NCBI GenBank assembly: GCA_951406725.2
Contig: OX597830.1
Location: 42,036,001 to 42,100,000, forward strand
Direction: 5' to 3'
Source: Octopus vulgaris
Lineage: Eukaryota
Length of the DNA stretch: 64,000 nt
Below are positions 50,834 through 63,990 of this stretch, one piece after another (the first letter of the stretch is position 1; each line of letters begins with the position of its first letter). A model generated the notes under the pieces. The model was given only the letters and a program-made list of their open reading frames with translations, ran no database searches and had not been told where the DNA came from. A program made the position numbers and the translations under genes.

Positions 50834-51152
50834 TATAAATATATAAATAAATACATAGATATATGTATACATACACATGCATATATATGTTAAATAACAG
50901 TAGTAACATGACAAAGATTCTCATTCCAGCTTGTTTAAGTCTAATAATACCAACTGGCAATATGAAAGAAAAAAAAAGGTGTGGTGGGGAGCACCTTAAT
51001 TCTCAGGTAAACCTACCACAAGGTCTTCCATTCACTTAAATTCTCAATGTAAAAGTTTTTTTATTTAATTCCTTTTTCTTCTTAGTATGGTAAACACATG
51101 CTTAGATACAAAACCAATAATAATAATAACAATAATAATAATAATAATAATA

Positions 51153-52556
51153 ATCCTTTCTAATAAAGGCAAAAGGCCTGAAATTTTGGGAGAGGGAACT
51201 AGTCGACTACATTGACCCCAGTGCCCGACTGGTCCTTATTTTATCAACCCTGTTGACCTTGGTGTGATATGAACTTAGAACATAAGCATTGTGCGCAGTA
51301 TGGTAACGATTTTGCTAGCTTGCTGCCTTAATGACAATCCTTTTCTGCTATAGGCACAAGACCTGAAATTGTGGAGGAGTAGGGTCGGGCTAGCTGATTA
51401 CATCGACCCCAGTGTTTCACTAGCACTTAATTTATCATCCCTGAAAGGATGAAAGGCAAAGTTGATCCTGACAGAATTTGAACTCAGAATAGAAGGAAGG
51501 ATGAAATACTGCTATGCATTTTGCCCAGTATGGTAACAATTCTGCTTGCTTGCTGGCTCCTGTGCTGGTGGCATGTAAAAAGCACCATCCGAATGTGGCC
51601 AATGCCAGTACCTCGACTGGCCCCCATGGCAGTGGCACGTTAAAAAGTACTATCCAAAAGTGACTGATGCCAGGCTTGCCTGACTGGCTCCTGTGCCGGT
51701 TGCACATAAAAAACCACCCACTACACTCTCGGAGTGGTTGGCATTAGGAAGGGCATCAATCTGTTAAAACATTGCCAAATCAGATTGGAGCCTGGTGCAG
51801 CCTCCTGACTCTCCAGACCTCAGTCAAACCGTCCAACTCATGCCAGCATGGAAAATGGAAGTTAAACGATGATGATGATGATGATGAATAATCCTTTCTA
51901 CAACAGGCACAAAGCCTGGAATTTATAGGGAGGGAGTTAGTCGATTACATCAACCCCAGTGCTTGACTGGTATTTAATTTATTGATCCTGAAAGGAGGAA
52001 AGGCAAAGTCGACCTTGGCAGAATTTGAACTCAGAACGCAGCAGCAGATGAAATACCGCAAAGCATTTCGCCCAGTGTGCTAACGATTCTGCCAGCTCGC
52101 TGCCCTCATAATAATAATAGATTTCTAATATACTTTTTCTACTCTAGGCACAAGGCCAGTCAATTAGATCGACCCCAGTACGCAACTGGTACTTAATTCA
52201 TTGACCACAAAAGGATGAATGGTAAAACTGACCTTGGCAGAATTTGAACTCAGAACATAAAGACAGATGAAATACTGCTAAGCATTTCTCCTGGAGTGCT
52301 AACATTTCTGCCAGCTCACCACCTTCATAGTAATAATAATAATAATAAAAATAGTTTTCTAATATAGGCACAAAGCCTGAAATTTTGGGAGAGGGAGCTA
52401 GTTGATTACATTGATCTCAGTGCGCAAATGGTCCTTATTTTATCAACCTTGAAAGGATGAAAGGGAAAGTTGACAACCATAGAATTTGAACTCAGGACAT
52501 TCAATACTGTTAAGCATTTTGTTTGACATGCTAATGATTGTGCAAGCTCTCCACCA
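51153..52556. mobile_element. array of ~5 SINE family B copies (-) with a family D copy (+, 51555-51886) inserted
   Basis: B signatures at about 51168, 51352, 51906, 52147 and 52366, mostly with (AAT)n spacers. Confidence 0.85.
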
Positions 52557-53061
52557 AATTTATATGATGATGATGATAAGAAACACTAGGACCAAAAATG
52601 GACACATGGAATATCATGATATCCGATGGTTTTGTATGTCTTGTTTTGGTGAAGTAATTCCAGTGGTGAAAGAATAATTATGTTGTTGATGCCAACATAA
52701 TCAAAGCATTGAGTCCTAAAAAGATCTTAATTAAAACTGATCCATAATAATGTAGAGGAAAAGTCATAAGCTTTGATAATAACTCTTGTCAATAAAGTGC
52801 AAGGGAGGCAAATCTACAAGCTGAATTGATCAAAAACTGCATGTAGGGTTGGGTGGCAGACAAGAAGTAAAGTAAATAAAATGAATAAAAATCAGAAACA
52901 CATAACAGCCTGGAAAAGGTTACTCACTAAAACACTAGAAAAGATCAGTGAAGCTGACACAGGGATTTTTGTTTGTTTTTACCAATTAGCGAGAGAAATA
53001 AGGGCGACAGGTGTATTCTAGGGTTTGTGAAACAAGTGAGGAGAAAGGGAGGAAGCTATCC

Positions 53062-53289
53062 TTAACCCTTTACCATTAAAATTACTCAGTCAAATGCAAT
53101 GCTTATTTATTCACATTGTTTTGAATTAATCAAGCAGTATCTCATAGCTTTAAGATTTCGATGATGTGATAATATATTTTTAGAATGATATTGTAGGGTA
53201 GGTGTGAGAGGATGGATATGGCCAGTTTGAACATAAAAGAAGTAGAAAGTTTGGACCTGATGTGGCTGGTTTAAATGCAAACAGGTAAA
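53062..53289 (+). mobile_element. TTAA-type MITE family H
   Basis: TTAACCCTTTTACCATT...TAGGGTAGGTGTGAGAGG...GGTTTAAATGC. Confidence 0.8.
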
Positions 53290-54681
53290 ACTAAAAACCA
53301 GGCATGAATACTTGCCATAAAGTAAACTGTTAAAAGTACTCAAGGACCAGGAGGGTGGTGGTGGTGGTGGATTAAGGCAATGGATTAAGGCAATATATAT
53401 ATATATATATGTATGTATGTATGTATGTATATGTATGTGTTTGTGACTCCTTTGCCTTGATATAACCTGAGAGGTGTAAATGAATGTTACTGTTATATAA
53501 GTAAAGTTATTCCTTTCCTATATTCTACTAGAACATGTTTGGCCAAGGGAAGATTTGGAAATAGGTGAGGGTTGGCAACAGGGAGAGCCTCTGGCTGTAG
53601 AAAATATATGCTTCAAAAATAAAAAAAAAGAAAGGAAGAAACTCCTTCTGACCCATGCAGGAATGGAAAAGTAGTCATTAAAATGATGATGATGATTCAA
53701 ATAACGAAGCAAGATAAAACAAAATTTAAATGATATTTGAAAGACTTATTGATGGAAAAATATTTAAATAAGTAAAATGAAACATATATATAAAAAAAAT
53801 AAATAACAAAAGAAAACATGTTTTGAAATATTACATCATGTCTGCGAATTATTACAAGAAGGGGAAGAAAAGAAAGAAGGAAGAGGAGAAATCTTATAAG
53901 TTTTAACAATACAACAAAGATCTATGTATGAGAAGACAAGATGTCCAGTGAGTTTGGTAAAGTGTTGGTAAGTGGTTGTGTGTGTGTGTGTGTGTGTGTG
54001 TGTTTGGATGTGAGTGTATGTTATGTGCGTGCTTAATTATATATATGTGCGTGAACATACATACATACATATATATATATATGTTATATATATACACATA
54101 CACAAATTTACATACATACACATGCATATATCAATATGCACAAATCTACATACATATGCACACGTGTGTATACATACATTTACATGCACATATATATCTA
54201 ATTGTTACAGCATTTTACTTCCACCTCCTCTCCACCACCTCCCTATTTTAATTTTTGCTTTTAGAAGAAAAAGACATAAAATACGAACAGCAAGAAGGCT
54301 TACTTTGATTCAATACAAAACCACAGTGTTACTAATTCTCCCAACCTACTGTCTTTTTTTTCTTTTTTTTCCATATATCTTTTTTTTTTTTATATATAAT
54401 TTTCTTACTGAATTCTCCTCTTTCCTCTCTTTCAGCCACCCTCCCTTATCTTTCTCTTTCTCTCTTTATAATACTCCATGATGTTTAGGCTGCTCAAGGT
54501 AAAAATAGTTAAACCATCTACGTTTCTTTACTCTCTGACAATGTTCTGACAACAATTCTCTATAAAAAGATAATTTTAAGACACATGTAAACAGTCTTTG
54601 ATATATTTCGAGGATTTAAACAACCTACATTTGTAGGTAAGTAGCCACATTCTTATAATGAGAGTAAGCAACAAGCGATGG

Positions 54682-54719
<38 letters not shown>

Positions 54720-55508
54720 AGAGGGAGAGAGAGAGAGAGAGAGAGAGAGAAGTAGAAATGTAGAAAGACTATAAAAGTAAAAAGCAGATAGAAAAAGTAT
54801 ATATAAATATCTGCCTACATCAATGTTTATTATTGATTCCTGAGAAAAATACACAATTGATTAGATTTGAAAAGAATCAACCACAATGAAGTAATTAAAT
54901 TCACAGAGAGTCTCAAAGAACTTTTAAGCCAACAGAGAAGGGTATTAGAAAAAAAAAAAAAAACCCAAATAGAAATTTAAAAAAAAAAAAAAAAATAAAC
55001 CCCTTCCAACCCCAAACAAGACTGAAATATTTTTTTCTCCACTCACTTTATGAAATTCCTCATATTTTACAGCAATATTGTAGTAACTTGTATATTTACT
55101 GTCTCTCCTGCTCCCATCTTTGATTTGAGGGAAAACAGATCACAGATATATGTTAATGATTATCATCAGCATTTGTATCTTCTGTTAGAAGAATTCTCCA
55201 TAGTTCTACCCCACCCAGTCAAAGCTAGACTTGACCATTTCTCTTGAAAACTTTTGCAATATTTGCCTTTAACATTTATCCTATTTTTCTACTTTAGTTT
55301 TTCTATTTTCTTTTCTGTTCATATAAGGTCCATCAAATAGCCCAGTTTCTATTTTTAAAATGTCACTAATAATTATTATTATTTAAAAATTAAATTAATA
55401 CAATGGAATCTTGAACTGTATTATATTTTTTTTTTGTTAGTATTTAAACACATCTTGGTATCAAATGTTTAAGCACCACAAATTTACACAAACATACACA
55501 TTATATAT

Positions 55509-55573
<65 letters not shown>

Positions 55574-55585
55574 CACACACACACA

Positions 55586-55806
55586 TGATGTGGGGCTGAA
55601 AAGTTCCTGGTTCTGTGTAAAAGAAAATACAGGAGAATCAGTTAATTATGATTTTATTCAACATATTCCCCTGTCAGATTCACACACTTACTGTAGCAGT
55701 CCTTCAGTATTTTCTAAGCACTGTAAAAGAACTTAGAAGGTTGGGCCTCACCAGTCAGGCCTTTCACAATACCCTTTAAGTTAGGAACTTTTCAGAACCT
55801 CCTCAT
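55586..55806 (+). mobile_element. mariner-type MITE
   Basis: TIRs GGGGCTGAAAAGTTCCT / AGGAACTTTTCAGAACCTCCTC. The TIR core matches the mariner relic end at 25008-25026. Confidence 0.8.
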
Positions 55807-55844
55807 GTAGTGTGTGTGTGTGGGGGGTGTATGTTTATCTTTTT

Positions 55845-56195
55845 TTTTTTTTGTTTCACTCACTGAACTGTGGCCACACTGGGGAACCACCTTGAAGGGT
55901 TTAGTGAAACAAATTGACCCCACTACCTATTTTTTGATCTTACTGGTGCTTATTCTATCAGTCTCTCTTTTGTCAAACTGTTAAGTTACAGGGACATAAA
56001 CAAACCAACACTAGTTGTCAAGTGGTGGTAAGGGACGAACACAAAGACACACATGTATCTATGAATGTGGGTTTGTGTGTGTAAGTTTCCATCAACCAAA
56101 TCCATTTTGGTCGGCCCAGGGCTATAGCAAAAGACACTTGCCGAAGATGCCATGCAGTGGGACTGAGCCGAGAGTCATGTGGCTGGAAAGTAAAC
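55845..56195 (-). mobile_element. SINE family A
   Basis: TTGTTTCACTC...GACACTTGCCGAAGATGCCATGCAGTGGGACTGAGCC. Confidence 0.8.
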
Positions 56196-57411
56196 ACACA
56201 CACATATATATATATATATATACATGCATCTATAGGTAGTAGGTAGATAGGTAGAAATAACTATATTTTCTCCTTTTTTTTTTCTCCTCACATCCTTGAC
56301 AGAAAAAAATTCTCGGAAGATAAATAAAGGTGAAGAGAAGAATGTAGTGCTATGAGTAATCTTTTTCATTAAACACAGAACTTTGAATAAATCAGAATGT
56401 TCTTTAGTCCAACTCATTGTAGTAATGAGTCAGTTACATTAAACACACCCATGCAAATACATGGAGAGAATATAAAAAAAAAAAAAAAGAAGAAGAAAAA
56501 AAGGCCATGCAGTATTTATCATATGATCTTACTTGAACAGTGGAAATCATAAAATTTAGTTGATTGACAAGAGCAGCAGTAACACACAAATCAATAATGT
56601 GAAGAAGATAGATGCCACTAGATAGATAGAAATCACAGAAATAAAGTATTCGCTAGAAGAGTAAAAGAAAAAAAAATCATTAAAGAGGGAAGAAAATCTA
56701 TGTGGCAGTGAAATAAAATATAGCTTTGATCTCATTTTTTATTCGTTTCCCCACCCCTCTGCCACTCCAAATACAAGTCAACTCTTGATATGAACAGCAG
56801 AAAGAAGGGAACAGCAATTGCCCCTGATATTTATTACATAAATTATGCAACATTTTTACTACTGCATATCTCAACTTCATATTTGTCTCCAACTATAAAA
56901 AGAAATTCTTTGTTAAGAGCACTGCTTATTTTTAACCAAATATTTATTACTACGCTATAGAAGAGCATTGAGAATGAAAGGGGGAAAGAAAAAAATCCTC
57001 GCCTATACATTTGAGAAGGTCAACAATTAAAATAGTAGATAACAGAAGTTTCAATACTTATCCCTTTCACACTTAAACTGGCCACATCTGGCCTCTCACA
57101 CCTACCCTACAATGTTATTCTAAGAATATAAAATCACATGATTGTAATACTGAAACTCTGAGATAATGCTTGATTACGTGAAAATAATGTGAATGCATTT
57201 GACACAATGTTAAAGGGCTAAAGTTTGACCTATTCTAAGGAGTGTAAAACAGTTTATCTTTAAATCTGTATCATTATTTAGCCCTCTTAATACCAACCTG
57301 CCAGAGACTGATACAAACTTTCCGTATCAAAATGATTCTATCAAAATTTCATGGTAATTTATGCTCCAAACATCAGCTTAAAAATGATCATGCTATATTA
57401 TTAAATTCATT

Positions 57412-57865
57412 CATCATCATCATTATATCATTTAACATACGCTTTCCATACTGGCATGGGTTGGATGGTTTGACTGGGAAATGGCAAGCCAGGAGGCTGC
57501 ACCAGGTTCCAATCTGATCTAGCAATGTTTCTACAGCTGGATGCCTTTCCTAATGCCAACCACTCCAAGAATGCAGTGGGTGCTTTTTATGTGCCACCAG
57601 CACAGGAGCCAATCAAGCGGCACTGGCATTGGCCATGTTCAGATGGTGCTTTTTACATGCCACCAGCACAGGAGCCAGTCTGGGCGGAGGAACTAATTAA
57701 AAAAATCTAATTTTGAAACAAAGGCTACAGGCTTCAACAGAAAAATGGTAGCAAAGGGCATGGGTTGGATGGTTTGAGAGGATCTGGCAGTCTGCACTTG
57801 AGCTCCAGTGTCAGATTTGGCATGGCTGGATGCCCTTCCTAGTGCCAACCACTTTACAGTGTGTT
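57412..57865 (-). mobile_element. two SINE family D pieces
   Basis: GGCATGGGTTGGATGGTTTG at 57452 and 57757; CTGGATGCC(T/C)TTCCTA. Confidence 0.75.
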
Positions 57866-57904
57866 CAAAGATTAAAAAAATAAAAGAGAGAATAATAATG
57901 ATTT

Positions 57905-58592
57905 TAAATTTTGACACAAGACCAGCAAGTCTGAAGGGAGGGGATTAGTTGATGCCATTCACTCCAGCACTTGGTTGGTACTTTATTTTACTGACCCTGA
58001 AAGGATGATGGGCAAAGTTAACCTTGGCAGGAATTGAACTCAAAAAGTAGAAGGGCATTTTTTCTGATCTTTTAATGATTCAGCCATCTTGCTGCCTTAT
58101 AAAAAAAATTAATACTAAGCTTCAATCTACTCAAAGCACTATGCAAAAATTAGTCTTCAAAGATATAAAACTACTACTACTACTACTACAACATTCCTTT
58201 CTATTATAGGCACAAGGCCTGAAACTTGGGGGGTGGAGGATAGCTGATTATATTGACCCCAGTACTCAACTGGTACTTGATTTATCAACCCTGAAAGGAT
58301 GAAAGGTGATGTCGACCTTGGTGCAATTTGAACTCAGAACATAGTGACAGGTGAAATACCTATTTCTTTACTACCCAAAAGGGGTTAAACACAGAGAGGA
58401 CAAACAAGGACAGACAAATGGATTAAGTCGATCACATCGACCCCAGTGTGTAACTGGTACTTGATTTATCGACCCCAAAAGGATGAAAGGCAAAGTCAAC
58501 CTCTGCGGAATTTGAACTCAGAACATAGCGGCAAATGAAATACCGCTAAGCATTTCACCCAGCATGCTAACGTTTCTGCCAGCTCGCCGCCT
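57905..58592 (-). mobile_element. array of three SINE family B copies, the last with an alternative tail
   Basis: 58360-58592 is well preserved (GGCGGCGAGCTGGCAGAAACGTTAGC head on minus) and carries the GACAAACAAGGACAGAC tail also seen at 18970-19045. Confidence 0.85.
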
Positions 58593-58926
58593 TAATAGTA
58601 ATAATAATAATATCTTTTTTCTTTTGCAGCTGGTACACAAAGGAAACAGGAGTGTAGCAGCAACCACCTTCAATACTTTATTCCCAACTGACTTCAGTTA
58701 TTTCAAAATGCATTCAAAGAGGACTTTACACAGTCCTTAAACCTCAAACTTAGGTTGTTCTGAGAGTAATTTTTGTATACAAGTCACCACACAACATTTA
58801 TTTCAGAATCCTTTGGTCAATCATTCTCTCTCTCACCTTCTCCTCTCTCTCATACACACACCTGTTAAGAGGCTTGATACCGTGCTTATACCTAAAATCA
58901 TTATATATATATACATATACACACAC

Positions 58927-59855
58927 ACAGAGGGTGCTGTGAATAAACTGTCGTCTAAATTATGCAAAAATGAAAATAACACTGACATCTCATTTTAACA
59001 GATATATTTACCAAAATTACATAAAAACATTGTGAAATACTAAAGAGTAAATTTATTCCAGAAAATCGCCATTGGCTTCAACTATGGCCTCCAGACAACT
59101 TCGGAATCTCATGCAACTCTTCTGAACGGTCTCCTTGTTTAAGTTGGTGAATGCTGCCATAATCCTTGCTTTCAGTTCATCTTTGGTGTTATATGGAGTT
59201 TTGTTGGTCTCTTACTCATCAACTGCACCTAACACATAATAATCAAGGGGGTTGCAGTCTCGGGAGTTAGGTTGCCAGATGTTAGGGTAATGTGGTCACA
59301 GAAATTGTCTGACAGCCATGACTGGGTTCGTTTGCTTGTGTAGCATGGTGTAGAGTCCTGCTGCTAGACATAGGGTTTTCCAGCAGCCACCCTCTTGACT
59401 CAGTACAGTACTACCTCCTCCAGGCACTTGATGTAGGCCTCCATGTTGAGTCTGAGGCTGTGTGGGAAGATGAATGGGGGCATAACATCGCTTATCACTA
59501 GCGATCACTCCAAACACCAAGATGTTAACTGGATGTTTGAATTTTATCAGTCTAGGGGCCTCACAAGTCTATGGCCCAATCCTGATCCTATGTTGCGAAG
59601 GAACATGGTTAAGTATTTAAGGTGTTCAGCTCATAATTATAAAGTTGTTAGTTCAGTACCCAACCATGTGTTGTGTCCACTGAAATGTTCATATTGGAGC
59701 TTCCAGCATGAATGCCAAGCAGAACAGCATGTCATTTCCAAATTTGTGGCAGGATGAATTGCGTCACGGTCCCGTTTTTACACAGATGGTGCCCAACTGA
59801 CCCTACTATACTGTGTAGTTGACAAAATCAAAAACAAACAATGTGCATGCACAGT
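58927..59855 (-). mobile_element. maT (DD37D) Tc1/mariner-superfamily element, decayed and rearranged
   Basis: Catalytic region 59053-59540 plus probable N-terminal region 59680-59768 (TQFILPQIWK*HAVLLGIHAG), separated by a foreign 59541-59678 segment. Confidence 0.8.
59053..59540 (-). pseudogene. DD37D (maT) transposase catalytic fragment
   Basis: KHPVNILVFGVI...PPFIFPHSLRLNMEAYIKCLEEVV...YV*QQDSTPCYTSKRTQSWLSDNFCD...IWQPNSRDCNPLDYYV...CMRFRSCLEAIVEANGDFLE*. After one frameshift correction there are 37 residues between the QQD and PLD aspartates. Confidence 0.88.
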
Positions 59856-60217
59856 TCTGTACACAGATAAAAGCAACCCTATGAATATTTAGTGCCTAAG
59901 AACTACATTTTAATGGTTAGCATTGTTGGTCATTTCCCTTTCATAGCTCGGCCTCAAATGACACATCTCTGCTGCAATTCCTGGGATACCCGTTCGTTCT
60001 GTAAAATTTACATTCTCATCTGATGATTATACCCTTTTAAAATAGTGTAATGTTTCTCACTGTTCATTAAAAGTTACCTAAGAAACAACTGTAATGAACT
60101 GACACTTATCCATCACATGTTTTAATTCATTTGATTATATATATATAATATTGTTAATTAACATCCGTTTTCTCTGTTGGCATGGGTTCTCTCTCTCTCT
60201 TTCTCTCTCTATATATA

Positions 60218-60248
<31 letters not shown>

Positions 60249-60419
60249 ATACACATGCACACATACATACACTCACACAACCATCAATAGGCTTGTTACT
60301 CTGTGCTTATGCCTGACATAATTACACACAGAAAAAGATATAAAATGTTAATCTTGAGAATAGCAATTGTGATATGATTTGGAGTGTGTGTATGTGTGGT
60401 AGAGTTGTTGATGAGTGGC

Positions 60420-60452
<33 letters not shown>

Positions 60453-60856
60453 ACAGCATGTGTAATATTTGAGAGCAAATACTGGAGCAAAGGCAAAGTA
60501 GATTATTTTTAATCTATAAATTACAGAAGTACAAACACACTGAGAAAACACCACATACACACAAGGCAACTAACGCATAGACACACACACACACACACAC
60601 ACAGAGTAATAAACATACACACATAAACAGAATAAAACACATACTTGCAGAACATCAGACACACACACAAACATACATGCACATATGCACTTATAGCAAC
60701 ACAGTTAGCTGTATTTAATATTTCTTGTCCTAAAATCCCATATCAGCAACCAATATGGCCCTCAACCAACACTTGTGGAAAAGAAAAAAAAAACATTGAA
60801 GTCAGCAAAATAGAGAACCACAATCTACAGAGGTGTGAGTTACAATGCACTCTTAA

Positions 60857-61077
60857 CCCTTTCGTTACCAACCCGGCTGAAACCGGCTTTGGCTCTGAGT
60901 ACATAATGTCTTGTTTTCGTAAGTTTTGAATTAAAATCTTCTCCCAAAACTTAGTCACAATTTATGTTCCTAACACTAGCTGAATGATAACTAAGTTATT
61001 TTTCTAAACTCTTTGTTATATTTAAAATAATTGAAAGAAACACAGAGCATCTCAAAATAAATACAGTAACAAAAAGG
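60857..61077 (+). mobile_element. piggyBac-type MITE
   Basis: TTAA at 60853 and 61078. TIRs CCCTTTCGTTACC / AGTAACAAAAAGG resemble those of the 13855 element. Confidence 0.85.
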
Positions 61078-61152
61078 TTAAGGCTTTGACACATTGAGCA
61101 GTTGCCCAGAGGCCTCACAAGTCTATGGCTCAATCCTGATCCATGTATGTTG

Positions 61153-61477
61153 TGAAGGAACATGGTTAAGTATTTAAGGTGCTCAGCTCATAATTGTAAA
61201 GTTATGAGTTCAATACCCAGCCATGTGTTGTGTCCTTGAGCAAGATACTCTATCTCATATTGCTCCAGTTCACTCAGCTGCCAAAAATGAGTAGTACTTG
61301 TATTCCAAAGGGCCAGCCTTGTCTCACACTATGTGTCACGCTGAATCTACCTGAGAACTATGTTAAGGATACACGTGTCTGTGGAGTACTCAGCCACTTG
61401 CATGTTAATTTGACGTGCAGGCTGTTCTGTTTATCAGTTCAACTGGAATCTTGGTCATCGTAACCGACAGAGTGCCA
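61153..61477 (+). mobile_element. tRNA-derived SINE: family E body with family C tail
   Basis: TGTCCTTGAGCAAGATACT...CTCCAGTTCACTCAGCTG, then GGGCCAGCCTTGTC...CGTAACCGACAGAGTGCCA. Confidence 0.8.
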
Positions 61478-62776
61478 GCAGGTATGCTGTGGCCTGGTGT
61501 CACTAAAATACTCTAGGGCCTAGTGAGAGTTGATTTGCCAGAGGGACACCATAAGTCTAGGGACCGAATTCTGATCTATGGTCATGACTTGCTATCAATT
61601 AATGAATAAATACTAGCCGGAAGGGGGGGGGATGTAGTGATATGCCTTGTGTGGGGTCTGCTAAGACAGACCTGGTTGGATATTTGAAATAATAAATATA
61701 ATATTTAAAAAGAGAAAAGTAGTGTGTTTTGGGGTAGTGAAAGAGGCAGCCTACTTCATAAAGTACATATAAAATCCCCACCACACACACACACACACAA
61801 ACTTACCCCCTAGACTAGCCAGCCAACCCTTTCCAATCAACTACAACCTGGACTATACACAGCATAGTTGGTAGGAAGTGTGGATTGATGACAGGAAACA
61901 ATAATGCATGTGTGTGTGTGTATTATATGGTAGTTACTATAGGGGGAAAGAGAGAAAGAGGGCAAGAGAAAGAGAGAGAAAATGAGGAGGAGGAAGAGGG
62001 AATCTTTAGAAAGAACAAAGCAAGGTTTTGTAATCATGGTTAGTCCTTCAAGCTAGCAGTAGTAACAACAACAACGAAAACCCCCACAGATCATCGTCAT
62101 CATCATCATCATCATCATAACTGATCCATGAATGCAGACTTGGAAAAGAAAAAAAAAGAAAAAGAAAAGAGAAACAAAAAGTAAACACCAGCTGCCAAGA
62201 TGATATAGTCTAAATCTTACCCCCTCACCACCTCTCTACCACAGATGCCTAGTTTCACTCACTTACTCTCATTTTCTCTGTCTCTCTCTCTCTCTCTCTC
62301 TCCCTTCCCCTGCCATTCTATCAACACACCTCACACACATCTGGCCTTTCCATAGGGGAGGTAAGCAATCAATAGCACCAATGGTAGCAACACCACCACC
62401 ACCACCACCACTACTTGCTGCTCCCCACCACCAGAGAATGATCTTTGCAAGCTCATTCACACATTGGATGAAGGGAGAAGGAAAAGACTGGCAGGTTGCA
62501 AATATTAATTAGCAAAAATAAAACAAAAACAAGTGAGAACTGATAATTACTTCAAATTTAGGCACAAGGCCAGTAATTTGAGGGGAGTGGGACATAGTCA
62601 ATCAAAGCAACCCCCAGTACTTTTCACTGATACTTTGTTTTATTGATCCCAGGAGAAATGAAAAGTGAAGTTGACTCCAGAAGGATTTGAACTTAGAATG
62701 TAAAATGCCAGAACAAACACAGCAAGACATGCCAAGTGCTAATAATAATAATAATAATAATAATAGTAATAATAAC

Positions 62777-62809
<33 letters not shown>

Positions 62810-63022
62810 TTAATTTAACTTTAAAAAAAAAAAAATGAACGAACTACTGAGTTTGGTTTAATGGCCTACCAATATACACTATGAGTTTCTTTGCCCTAGG
62901 AGTCGGGAAGACACTCGGCAAGAAATGGAAGAAAATTTGAAAGAAGAAAAAAAAAAGTAATAATAATAATAATAATAGTAATAGTAATAATATTAATGAG
63001 AGTAATAGTAATAATAATAATA

Positions 63023-63232
63023 ATCCTTACTATTATAAGCACAAGGCCTGAAATTTGGGGGGAAGGAATTAAGTCAATTACATCGATCCCAGTGCATAAC
63101 TGGAACTTTTTTCATCGACCCCAAAAGGTTGAAAGCAAAGTTGACCTCAGCAGAATTTGAGTTCAGAATGTCAAGACGGACAAAATACCACAATGCATTC
63201 CGCCTGGCATGCTAACTATTCTGCCTGGTTGC
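63023..63232 (-). mobile_element. SINE family B between (AAT)n tracts
   Basis: GCACAAGGCCTGAAATTT...AGAATTTGAGTTCAGAA...GCTAACTATTCTGCC. Confidence 0.85.
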
Positions 63233-63234
63233 TA

Positions 63235-63392
63235 TCATAATAATAATAATGATGATAATGATGATGATAATGATGATGATAATGATGATAATGATGATGA
63301 TAATGATGATAATGATGATGATAATGATGATGATAATGATGATAATGATGATGATAATGATGATAATGATGATGATGATGATGATGATGATA
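63235..63392. repeat. (GAT/AAT)n trinucleotide-derived satellite
   Basis: Mixed GATAAT / GATGATAAT units. Confidence 0.95.
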
Positions 63393-63393
63393 A

Positions 63394-63760
63394 AAAGTAG
63401 AACCTGAAGACTAAAACAATACCTGTTGTCATAGGTGCCCTAGGAATGATAGCAAAAAAGGGCTGATTGCTACCTAGCACAGATACCAGGAAACCACAAA
63501 ATGGTAGAAATTCAAAAGATAGTGCCCATGGGAACTGCCCATATCCTACATAAAATACTGTCTACGTAATCGCAATATTTAAAACAAACTCATAATTTTC
63601 TTATGTTTTCTAAAACATTCTCAAGAACAACACTGTGTACAAAACCTTATGGCACCCTAGACATAACACCAACATGAACTTCTAACTTCTCTCTTGAGGT
63701 CTCTGGGTGAGACTTGGAGCCAACTTGTACAAATGCAAAGCAAAAGTCAAACATAAAATA
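63394..63760 (+). mobile_element. second R4/Dong-like LINE 3' end with 3' UTR and (AAT)n tail
   Basis: *NLKTKTIPVVIGALGMIAK / ADCYLAQIPGNHKMVEIQKIVPMGTAHILHKILST* (stop 63567-63569), with one frameshift. Confidence 0.85.
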
Positions 63761-63786
63761 ATAATAATAATAACAATAATAATAAG

Positions 63787-63990
63787 CCTTTCTACTAAAA
63801 ACAAGAGGCCTGAAATTTAGGGGGAGGAGACTAGTCAATTAAATTGACACCAGTGTTACACTGGTGCTCAATTTATTGACTCTGAAAGGATAAAAGGCAA
63901 GGTTGACCTTGGCGGAATTTGAACTCAGAATGTAGCGACGGGAGAAATACCACCAAGCATTTTATCCAGTGTGCTAACAATTCTGCCACA
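63787..63990 (-). mobile_element. SINE family B between (AAT)n tracts
   Basis: GGCCTGAAATTT...GACCTTGGCGGAATTTGAACTCAGAA...GCTAACAATTCTGCC. Confidence 0.85.

Noticed and set aside
63209-63480. D/N-rich and S/L-rich ORFs
   Set aside because: Both are readings of the (GAT/AAT)n satellite lying between two mobile elements.
641-63838. Most ORFs in the supplied track (poly-I/N/Y, HT/CV/YI repeats, SINE read-throughs)
   Set aside because: They are translations of microsatellites or SINE bodies with no domain signature. Only the transposon-derived frames are supported.
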